From Candidatus Thorarchaeota archaeon (GTDB lineage: Archaea > Asgardarchaeota > Thorarchaeia > Thorarchaeales > Thorarchaeaceae): a DNA stretch of 64,000 nucleotides. Position 1 is the first letter of the stretch; each line of letters opens with the position of its first letter. Positions 56,529 to 64,000 of the stretch are shown piece after piece. The DNA lies in the NCBI GenBank assembly GCA_020348985.1, contig CP070761.1:2499445-2563444 (forward strand), read 5' to 3'. Under the pieces are notes generated by a model. That model had not been told where the DNA came from and did not search any database. It saw nothing but the letters and a program-made list of their open reading frames with translations. The position numbers and the translations under genes were made by a program.

Positions 56529-56633
56529 TGGTAGCTCCGCCAGGATTCGAACCTAGGTCCGGTGGGCCAGAACCACCGATGCTTGACCAGTGTGCGCCCA
56601 TCGAGTCATCGACAGACTCTACACCACGGAGCT
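56529..56633 (-). tRNA. tRNA-Gln(CUG) with 29-nt intron at position 15/16 (intron 56590..56618), CCA encoded
   Basis: Acceptor AGCTCCG/CGGAGCT-A-CCA, anticodon arm GGTGG-TTCTGGC-CCACC and T-loop TTCGAAT. Removing the intron gives a 76-nt tRNA with D-loop AGTGGTCAA. Confidence 0.93.
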
Positions 56634-56688
56634 TCAAGGCGCCGGTTCGCCAAGTACTTCTAAAACCTTTTCGGTGAATCATCGAGAT

Positions 56689-57537
56689 TCAAATGCCGAC
56701 TTTGAAAATCAGGGCGTCTCTAAGAACTCGCTGAAACATTCTCAGTAGATTCTTCCCCTCAGTCGCAATGGTGTCAAAGACAGGGTATCCCTCCAGACCT
56801 AGCATTTGAAGCATGTAGTCAATCGGCAGGGCATTAGGAAGATCACGTTTGTTCAGAGAAACCACAATGGGCAGCGTTGCCATTCTGTCAGTGCCCAGAG
56901 CAATCCTGAGTTCTTGCATCGATGCGATGTTCTCGTTCATCTGTTCGGGCTGACTGTCAGCCATGAATATCAGGCCGTCGACCTCCCTCAGCACAGAAAT
57001 CCTTTGGCTGGCATGCCTTCTTTGTCCAGCCACGGTGAAAACGTCAAAGACAACCTTGTGACTAGCGGAGATAGGAACGAAGTCGAAGAATGTCGTCCGA
57101 CCTAGCTCATCATGAATCTCAACAATCTTTCCCTTGGATATAGACCTCACGTTGGCAAAGAGCCATCGCAATGCAGTTGTCTTTCCTGATAATGAAGGTC
57201 CGTAGAACACAATCTTGATGTGAATGCGACCCTCTTTGTCCCGCTTTAGGGCCCTGCCTGGTACAATCTCTGCCGCTGTCTGAGGTTCAATGTGAGCGGC
57301 CTTTGCCAAGTCTTGGGTTGCTGCTGCATCAATCTGAAGTTTCTCAGGCTCAGCTACAAGTGTACCAACAGGTGTAGGCTCTCGTCGAGTGGCTACATAA
57401 TCCGGTGGAGTGGTCAGCGGTGTAACAGTGACTTCTTCAGCTGGTGTCGAAAACTCAGGCATGGGGTCTTCTTCCGCTTCCTCCGCCTCTTTCTTGGGCT
57501 TCCTTATGCGACCTGCAAGCCTACGGAATACCGACAA
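56689..57537 (-). CDS. MglA-like small GTPase with long acidic/Pro-rich N-terminal extension
   Basis: KIVFYGPSLSGKTT, RTTFFDF, FTVAGQ, NKRDL and TIATEG. Confidence 0.88.
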   Translation of the reverse strand: MSVFRRLAGRIRKPKKEAEEAEEDPMPEFSTPAEEVTVTPLTTPPDYVATRREPTPVGTLVAEPEKLQIDAAATQDLAKAAHIEPQTAAEIVPGRALKRDKEGRIHIKIVFYGPSLSGKTTALRWLFANVRSISKGKIVEIHDELGRTTFFDFVPISASHKVVFDVFTVAGQRRHASQRISVLREVDGLIFMADSQPEQMNENIASMQELRIALGTDRMATLPIVVSLNKRDLPNALPIDYMLQMLGLEGYPVFDTIATEGKNLLRMFQRVLRDALIFKVGI

Positions 57538-57605
57538 TTAGCTCTCCAGATTATGTCGGACCGGTTCAATGTCTTAAACTTTCTCTGTATTCTGTGTGAG
57601 GTTTA

Positions 57606-58766
57606 GTGACCTTTATGAGCAGGACCGTTGAGACTCTCGTCATGCCGCACGGTGTTGACCGCGAGTTTGTTGCTGAGATGTTTCCGACCCTATCCAGCAT
57701 GACCTATCTGAACAATGCTTCAACGGGAATACCGCCAAAGCCCACAATTGACGCAATCAAACAGTATTTGGATAATCGAACAAAGGCAATTGGTGACTTG
57801 GATGACACTCTGAATATCCTGAAAGAAGTAAGACAGCTTCTGGCAACAATCCTTGGTGGTGACTATTCAGCCTATGGCCTCGCACCGAGTACTTCACATG
57901 GCCTCAACTCAATAGCTCACAGTATCGACTATCCAGAGGGCTCCAACATCGTACTGTGTGACCTTGAGTTTCCAGCAAGTTACATCCCATGGCAGAACCT
58001 TTGTCGACTCCGCAATCTAGAGCTTCGTGTTGTCATGTCAGAGGCGGGTCAAGCTCCTCTCGACTCTTTCAGGGAAAAGATCGATGATAGAACAAGAGTA
58101 GTCGCAGTGAGTCATGTGCAATTCGGGAGTGGATACAAATCCGATCTTGGGGCACTGGCTAGGGCTGTGCATGATGTCGGGGGATACCTTGCGGCAGACA
58201 TAATCCAGTCAGCAGGCTGGGCTGATTTGGATCTTGTCAAGGACGAGGTCGACTTCGCGGCGGGCCAGTCTGCAAAGTGGCTGATTGGACCCATCAGCGC
58301 GGGATACGTGTATGTAAGGAGAGAGGTGATGGATCAAATAACGCCCAAGTTTCTGGGATGGTGGGGCGTTGAAGATTTGACAGAGTTTGGCTATATCGAG
58401 CGAACTCCGCTCCCTGATGCCAGAATGTTTCAGGTTGGTTCTCCTTCCGTGATGTCATATGTGGGTCTGAAGGAATCGCTGACGGTTATAAACAAAGTAC
58501 CGAGTGAGATACGCGAAAGGGTAGCACTAGCAAATGCAGATCATCTTAGGAAGAGATTGACCGAGATTGATGTCCCATTCTACGATTACGGTGAGAAATC
58601 AAACTCGACGATAGTCTCGTGTGATTTGGAAGACGTCGAGAGTGTTCACAAGAAGCTGGTGGAAGCTGCGATTCATTGTTCGCCTCGCAAAGGTCGACTC
58701 CGTATCTCGCCCCACTGGTACAACACAACCAAAGAGATTGATAGATTCATAGAGCATTTGGGGTGA
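57606..58766 (+). CDS. Class V PLP-dependent aminotransferase (cysteine desulfurase/selenocysteine lyase-like fold)
   Basis: YLNNASTG, STSHGL, EFPAS, SHVQF, DIIQSAG, SAKWLIGP and LRISPHWYN. Confidence 0.88.
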   Translation: MTFMSRTVETLVMPHGVDREFVAEMFPTLSSMTYLNNASTGIPPKPTIDAIKQYLDNRTKAIGDLDDTLNILKEVRQLLATILGGDYSAYGLAPSTSHGLNSIAHSIDYPEGSNIVLCDLEFPASYIPWQNLCRLRNLELRVVMSEAGQAPLDSFREKIDDRTRVVAVSHVQFGSGYKSDLGALARAVHDVGGYLAADIIQSAGWADLDLVKDEVDFAAGQSAKWLIGPISAGYVYVRREVMDQITPKFLGWWGVEDLTEFGYIERTPLPDARMFQVGSPSVMSYVGLKESLTVINKVPSEIRERVALANADHLRKRLTEIDVPFYDYGEKSNSTIVSCDLEDVESVHKKLVEAAIHCSPRKGRLRISPHWYNTTKEIDRFIEHLG

Positions 58767-59452
58767 TCTCAATCTTCGAAAACATATCTGGACCAGTTCA
58801 TGTTCTTGTAAGCAGAAGCTTCGACTCCAACATTGCCTTTCTCAAATGTGAGAATCACAAAGTTCTGATTGACACCGGAACCGGAATCTACCATAGCAGT
58901 CTTGAAAGAGACCTCAATCAACTAGGAACAGAAATGTCAGACATCACGGACATCGTTCTTACTCATTGTCATATCGACCATATAGGCGGGGTCCTGCCTA
59001 TATTGGATTCTGCGTCCCCTCAGATTCATCTTCATAGGTCTGAAGCAGAGAGGATCAACGCTGGAGACATGTCACAGACTCTGGGAGACACTTTCGGGGT
59101 CGACATGCCCAGGCTTAGAATTGATGGCATCCTTGATGAGGGCGACATTCTTGAGTTTGGAGACATAAGCTTGGATGTCCTTAGCACACCAGGTCATTCA
59201 AGTGGCAGCATTTGCCTTAACATAGAAGACTTGGGTATTCTCATCACCGGGGACACGCTCTTTGCAGGTGGCAGCTTTGGGCGGGTTGATTTTCCAGATG
59301 GTGATGCAAAGAAGCTGGTGGAGTCACTCAAAAGAATCTCTGAAATGAATTTCGCGACAGCCATACCTGGACACATGAATGTGATTCGACACAATACAAA
59401 GGGTTCTGCCAGACAGTCATATGAAATGGCCAAAATGATGTTTAGGGTATGA
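58763..59452 (+). CDS. Metallo-beta-lactamase-fold hydrolase (glyoxalase II-like)
   Basis: LIDTG, THCHIDHIGG, TPGHS, TGDTLF and PGH. Confidence 0.92.
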   Translation: MISIFENISGPVHVLVSRSFDSNIAFLKCENHKVLIDTGTGIYHSSLERDLNQLGTEMSDITDIVLTHCHIDHIGGVLPILDSASPQIHLHRSEAERINAGDMSQTLGDTFGVDMPRLRIDGILDEGDILEFGDISLDVLSTPGHSSGSICLNIEDLGILITGDTLFAGGSFGRVDFPDGDAKKLVESLKRISEMNFATAIPGHMNVIRHNTKGSARQSYEMAKMMFRV

Positions 59453-60428
59453 GAATTCGTTCGTAGATTTCATCTGCATCCATTGGTCTGGCTTTCTCGT
59501 CGGGAGTCCCAATGTCAATTCGCTTTGCCTCAAGTGCCTTGACAAGAGCGTAGACTGATTCACTATAAGGTGTTGATACATCTAGTTCCTTTGCTAGACG
59601 AATGACCTCTCCGGTAATCGCGTCAATCTCAGTCCTTTTACATGAGCAGATGTCCTGCAGCATCGAATTCGTGTTGTCTGAAGTGGCCTTTGCGGTGCCC
59701 AGTGTATACCTTATTGGATCATCAGTGCTGAGCCGAACATCAAGAGCTTCAGCAACCCTGGCGGCTTCTTCTACCAGACGGACTACGAGCTCTCGAAGGC
59801 GCATGTCACCATGAATTTCCCCGTTCTTCATCCCAGTGAGCGCAGCTATGGGATTCAAGCCACAATTCACAATCGTCTTCGTCCAGACAACTCCTTCTAT
59901 GTTGTCTGAGGGAATGACATCAAACCCTGCTCTGGAAAGTATATCCACAACTTGTTGAACGAGATTCATGTTGCTAGGAATATGGGAGCCAACCTCTGTG
60001 AGCCCCTTTCCTGTTGCCGTTACTTCACCGTCATCGGTCATCAATGCACCTACGCAGGTGGTTGCTCTTAGCACTCGGTCGGATTCGAGCGTGTCGGAAA
60101 CCAGCAGTTCGGTTCCGAGTCCATTCTGAAGACATACCACCGACGCGCCACCTTCAACCAAGTGCGCAATCTCCTGGGCAGCCGCAACCGTGTCATAGGA
60201 CTTCGTTGTAATTAGCACGATATCACAAGACTTGATATCGGATGCGTTTTCCGTCGCTTCGACATGAATCACGTGGTCTCCGAACACGCCTTTTAGTATC
60301 AGACCTCGTTCATTCACGGATTCTATGTGGCGCTTGCGGCCCACCAACGTTACTTCATTCCCGGAGAGCTTGAGTAGGCCTCCATAAAGGCACCCAATTG
60401 CACCCGATCCCATTACAACAATTCTCAT
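59442..60428 (-). CDS. panE: 2-dehydropantoate 2-reductase
   Basis: GSGAIG, TKSYD, LQNGLG, WTKTIVN, SMLQD and TEIDAITG. Confidence 0.93.
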   Translation of the reverse strand: MRIVVMGSGAIGCLYGGLLKLSGNEVTLVGRKRHIESVNERGLILKGVFGDHVIHVEATENASDIKSCDIVLITTKSYDTVAAAQEIAHLVEGGASVVCLQNGLGTELLVSDTLESDRVLRATTCVGALMTDDGEVTATGKGLTEVGSHIPSNMNLVQQVVDILSRAGFDVIPSDNIEGVVWTKTIVNCGLNPIAALTGMKNGEIHGDMRLRELVVRLVEEAARVAEALDVRLSTDDPIRYTLGTAKATSDNTNSMLQDICSCKRTEIDAITGEVIRLAKELDVSTPYSESVYALVKALEAKRIDIGTPDEKARPMDADEIYERILIP

Positions 60429-61222
60429 TGAGCTGTCTCCTCTTTGAAATCTTGGGCTTCACTAGCCATTTCGTCAATGTGGTCTCTAATGGTCTCTAAC
60501 GATTTCTTCAGATTTGATCTGTTGTCGAATCTGTCAACAATCGCCTTTAGTTCCTTTATAGGTCGTCCCTTATGTTCACGCACGGCTTCAACCAACAATG
60601 GCATACAGCGGACTATATTGTCTACGATCGTTATATTGGAAAAGATGGCTGTTCTGCTCATCGGGTTCAAGTCGATTGTTATGACGAACTTTCCGATCCT
60701 TCGAAGTGCCTCTGTTCGGTCACCGTCTTCCAAGGGAACAAGAACCACATCAGCACTTCCTATTCCATCTGGGTCAACCCTTCTTCGATTACTAGACAAT
60801 TCAGGGATTGTCGTTGAAGGACGATCATGTGTACCAAGAACACGCTTGGCCCCAGCGCCTTTCAGCGCCTCCAAGATTGCATCCTCGCGCTCCTTGCGGT
60901 AGTAGAAGAGATTCACTTCCAACGGGGCCCCCGTCACTTCCGAAAGGAGAACTAAGTCTTCGGGGACTAGGGCGCAGACGTTGCCATTGACACTAATTAC
61001 GGGGTGATCTGCAGTGAGCATTGCAGCTGCTGCAGCATTTATGGCAAGTTTGGTGTAGCTATGAGTTCGTTCGCCAATAAGGTAGTCAAATGCCTCTCCT
61101 CGCCCGTGAGCGAGAAGCCCTGCGGTGGCAACTATGTGTCTCTGATGGCCTTCGATTACTTGCTCTCTTGTTTCGAGGGAGACTCGTCTTGGATGATCGG
61201 GGGGAATCTCTATCGTATCCAT
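60425..61222 (-). CDS. pps: Phosphopantothenate synthetase (archaeal PPS)
   Basis: IPPDHPR, GLLAHGRGEAFDYLIGE, SVNGN, VPLEDGDR and IDLNPMSRT. Confidence 0.93.
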   Translation of the reverse strand: MDTIEIPPDHPRRVSLETREQVIEGHQRHIVATAGLLAHGRGEAFDYLIGERTHSYTKLAINAAAAAMLTADHPVISVNGNVCALVPEDLVLLSEVTGAPLEVNLFYYRKEREDAILEALKGAGAKRVLGTHDRPSTTIPELSSNRRRVDPDGIGSADVVLVPLEDGDRTEALRRIGKFVITIDLNPMSRTAIFSNITIVDNIVRCMPLLVEAVREHKGRPIKELKAIVDRFDNRSNLKKSLETIRDHIDEMASEAQDFKEETAQ

Positions 61223-62151
61223 TAGACTAAACCTCCACCGCTCTCTGTCAGATTAGTCTGTAGGATTTCTGATTCATCCCAATGGTGTTGTAGCAAAGCA
61301 GCCGCATCTGCCACCTCGTTCTCTCCACAGAAGCAAAACACTGAGTCCCCGAGCATGACCATACTAGACTTCTCATAACCCGCATCTGTGAGTTCTGCAA
61401 GAGCACCTGACACACGTTCTGTCATTAGCCCGATTTTTCCCGAGAACTCTCTGGATACGGAGATGAACTCGTCGAAGGTCGGATTCTGCAACAACTTGGA
61501 GACCGCTTTTTCTCCAGCATCGTTGACAAGACTGCGGGATTTAGGATTGGCCAGCACGTCTCTCGTTTCGAGACCGATCGAACCCGCTAACAAGACTCTT
61601 CTCGAGGCAGGTGGGGTTATGTTGATCACATCACCGTGCCCTGGGCCTCCAGGATGCCTTCGAATCTCTAGCCCACCCATTGTCTGAGCCAAGACATCAC
61701 CGAGCCCGGTCTTATTCACAATTTCTGCCAAATGGGCATACTGAGCGGCTTTTGTGGGACCTATATTCTCGTCAATGATGTGAGCAAGTGCGAGAGCGGT
61801 CCCCAAGGCTGCGGCCCCAGAAGCTCCGAAGCCCACACCGACTGGTATCGAAGATGTGTGTTGAACACTCACCTTGAACTGCATCTCGTAATCTTCCAAC
61901 AAACTTCGTACCACCGTTTCCGTCACAGGAGCTTCTATTCTCTCGTCATTGAAATCTACTATAATACCCAGTGTGTCATCTTTCACTGCTTCTACTTCGG
62001 TGATGATCCCGGCTTCTACCGAGAAACCCGCCCCCCTTGAGCCACTCATCAGAGGGTCCTCATACGTGTCGTGAATACTGAACATACCTGTGATATGTCC
62101 GGGCACAAACGCACGAGCCCTTTCTGCGTGTCTGCTCAAAGTGTTCGTCAT
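61222..62151 (-). CDS. pok: Pantoate kinase (GHMP family)
   Basis: AFVPGHITGMF, GSRGAG, PVGVGFGASGA, TGLGDV and MLGDSVF. ATG 62151 is preferred. Confidence 0.92.
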   Translation of the reverse strand: MTNTLSRHAERARAFVPGHITGMFSIHDTYEDPLMSGSRGAGFSVEAGIITEVEAVKDDTLGIIVDFNDERIEAPVTETVVRSLLEDYEMQFKVSVQHTSSIPVGVGFGASGAAALGTALALAHIIDENIGPTKAAQYAHLAEIVNKTGLGDVLAQTMGGLEIRRHPGGPGHGDVINITPPASRRVLLAGSIGLETRDVLANPKSRSLVNDAGEKAVSKLLQNPTFDEFISVSREFSGKIGLMTERVSGALAELTDAGYEKSSMVMLGDSVFCFCGENEVADAAALLQHHWDESEILQTNLTESGGGLV

Positions 62152-62178
62152 GTGTTCTCTTGTAGACCACAGTATAAA

Positions 62179-62220
62179 GTAATCCATTACATCCAGTGAT
62201 GGGTATATACTGGTATATAC
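62179..62220. promoter_or_regulatory. Tandem palindromes upstream of pok-pps-panE
   Basis: GGTATATAC at 62202-62210 and 62212-62220, and GTAAT-CC-ATTAC at 62179-62190. Confidence 0.4.
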
Positions 62221-62239
62221 ATTATGCATTTTCTCGTCG

Positions 62240-63085
62240 CTACTGGCCTTGCTGCCTAAGGGGCACTAGGCTTGTATACTGCTTAACCCTCGGGTCCTTG
62301 GACTGAGCGGCGGGATATGCCCAACGAGCATCAATGTCGCGACCACTGAGATCGTAGAGATTGAAGCTTCCAGAAGACCACGTGAGCGGACTGAATCCAA
62401 GAAGTAGTGTCTGAGTTCTCCAGCTAGTAACCACTAAATGACGATTCATTCCGGCGGTAGGTGCCACGAGAAATGCGTTTGATAACTCCATCAAAAGAGA
62501 GGTACTAATCCTGTAGAAGAAGCTGTATGTCTTCCTGTGTTCTTCAGCGCCCTGATCTCGGAGGTCATTCAGGTATCTTGTGATTGTTTCATCGTGAACG
62601 GCAGGGTCAAGAACGTCTGACAATGACTCAACGTCAACGACAACTGCTGTTTCGAAGTAGTAGGCTAGAGGAAACTCTGTCAAGTGGACAATGATGAATT
62701 TGTCCTTGGTGATTGTCTCATAGAGATGCTGGAAGATGGCCTGTTTGGAGAAGAGCAGAGACGGATCGAGCTCTGCTGGCTCGAAGTTTTCGGACGCCTC
62801 CGACACTACGAGCCGAAACATATCGTCCAACATGTCGCCATCGTAACCGATTCTCACTAGGTAGTAAGGAAGGTCTCTCAAGTTCCCTCTCTTCTGCCCT
62901 GTCAATTCCAGGAAGCTGTTGAAGTCACGTAGGAAAGTCTCAACCTCATTGTCATTGTCCAACACAAAGAGAGACTGTCCGGGAGTGCCAAGAGTCGATA
63001 TGACCTTTCTGTATGCTTGAAATCTGGCCCGCTGCTCTGAATCGAGCTTGCTGAGAATGGAGTCGATGTCAGGAGATTCGGCCAA
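62240..63085 (-). CDS. Hypothetical protein
   Basis: 281-aa ORF between pok and coaBC with a GAAGGTG SD-like site. No motif recognised. Confidence 0.65.
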   Translation of the reverse strand: MAESPDIDSILSKLDSEQRARFQAYRKVISTLGTPGQSLFVLDNDNEVETFLRDFNSFLELTGQKRGNLRDLPYYLVRIGYDGDMLDDMFRLVVSEASENFEPAELDPSLLFSKQAIFQHLYETITKDKFIIVHLTEFPLAYYFETAVVVDVESLSDVLDPAVHDETITRYLNDLRDQGAEEHRKTYSFFYRISTSLLMELSNAFLVAPTAGMNRHLVVTSWRTQTLLLGFSPLTWSSGSFNLYDLSGRDIDARWAYPAAQSKDPRVKQYTSLVPLRQQGQ

Positions 63086-63310
63086 GCATACTGCACCTTC
63101 TGCTGTTATGATTGAAGGGTATCGGTTTTTGCTGTACGTATATTCTCAGGAACTCGCCTTTTGCGTCCCTGTATGCGGTGCTTCCACTAGGGGGTGCACT
63201 CTGGACATGAGGCTTGAAACCAACCCACTCATATATTCTTCGACGACCTCTATCTTCTCGACACGCTACCTTCAAATAGATTCGCTAGATGAGCACTTGA
63301 TTGAAGGCGG

Positions 63311-64000
63311 ATGACGAACATAGACATTCACACTTCAAAGCTCATCATTGGCTCGAAGAGTAGTCTGCTTGGCGGACGGTTGGTAGCCTTGTGTGTAACA
63401 GGTAGTGTGGCCGCCGTTGATTGTGTTGCCATTGCGCGCGGAATCATGCGACATGGTGCTGAAGTTCATTGTGTGATGAGCCGGATGGCCCAGAAAATCA
63501 TCCATCCATATCTACTTGAGTGGGCCACCGGAAATCCCGTCGTTACTGAACTCACTGGTAAAATCGAACATGTCACTCTTGCCGGCAAACATGAAGGTAG
63601 GGTCGACTTGGTTTTGGTCGCTCCTTCAACGGCAAACACAATAGGAAAGATCGCCAACGGAATTGACGACACTACGGTGACCACAACCGTTTCGTCGGCA
63701 ATTGGTGCCCGCATCCCCGTCGTAATAGTACCTGCAATGCACGAGTCGCTTTATGATCATCCTGCAGTGAATGAAAACATCGAGAAGCTAAGGAGAATGG
63801 GTGTGATTGTACTCGCTCCAAGAATGGAAGAAGCCAAGGCCAAGATTCCGAAGACGAACACGATAATCGATGAAGTCCTTGCTGTTCTTGGCCCCAAAGA
63901 CCTGGACGGCAAGAGGTTTGTAGTCACGGCAGGACCTAACAGAGCCTGGATTGACACTGTAAGGTTTGTCTCGAACCCGTCAACCGGTAAGATGGGAATC
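63311..64000 (+). CDS. coaBC: Bifunctional phosphopantothenoylcysteine decarboxylase/ligase, 3'-truncated by the window edge (absent from the ORF track)
   Basis: Manual translation: MTNIDIHTSK...LCVTGSVAA...EHVTLA...APSTANTIGKIANGIDD...PAMHESL...VTAGPNRAWIDTVRFVSNPSTGKMG. Confidence 0.93.
   Translation, partial: MTNIDIHTSKLIIGSKSSLLGGRLVALCVTGSVAAVDCVAIARGIMRHGAEVHCVMSRMAQKIIHPYLLEWATGNPVVTELTGKIEHVTLAGKHEGRVDLVLVAPSTANTIGKIANGIDDTTVTTTVSSAIGARIPVVIVPAMHESLYDHPAVNENIEKLRRMGVIVLAPRMEEAKAKIPKTNTIIDEVLAVLGPKDLDGKRFVVTAGPNRAWIDTVRFVSNPSTGKMGI

Noticed and set aside
1-64000. CRISPR arrays, rRNA genes, transposases, inteins and selenoprotein UGA read-through
   Set aside because: No regularly spaced repeats, rRNA-like tracts or transposase motifs; NrdD and PolB lengths leave no room for inteins; the redoxins have CxxC and no gene appeared split at an in-frame TGA. 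Checked by eye only.

Overview
Archaeal chromosomal segment, most likely from an Asgard archaeon. It looks Thorarchaeia-like, inferred from Rab-like and MglA-like GTPases, Roadblock and WD40 genes, EF-2 paralogs, soluble MtrA/MtrH and archaeal PoK/PPS/TgtA/Tes genes; no database search was possible. The window is gene-dense with about 55 CDSs. It contains: class III RNR with a redoxin and thyA; two divergent EF-2 homologs; an operon Roadblock - KaiB-like thioredoxin - KaiC-CI-like - KaiC-CII-like - alpha-solenoid, next to a Rab/WD40/Rab trio; a PolB2 module; larC and cofE; an mtrH-mtrA-mtrH-methanogenesis-marker-14 cluster; hflX and tgtA; an ABC transporter facing two surface-anchored proteins; GGPP synthase and tetraether synthase; an IleRS with a GxHH motif; CoA biosynthesis genes; and tRNA-Gln(CUG) with a D-loop intron. 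The strongest candidate for an undescribed system is the kaiBC-like split-KaiC operon headed by a Roadblock gene and linked to small GTPases (7.3-14.5 kb). Other highlights are the soluble methyltransferase/Mmp14 module and an unannotated ~97-nt structured RNA with its own TATA box at 55.6 kb. No CRISPR array, rRNA or transposase was seen. All family calls come from motif recognition, and reference sequences are quoted from memory.
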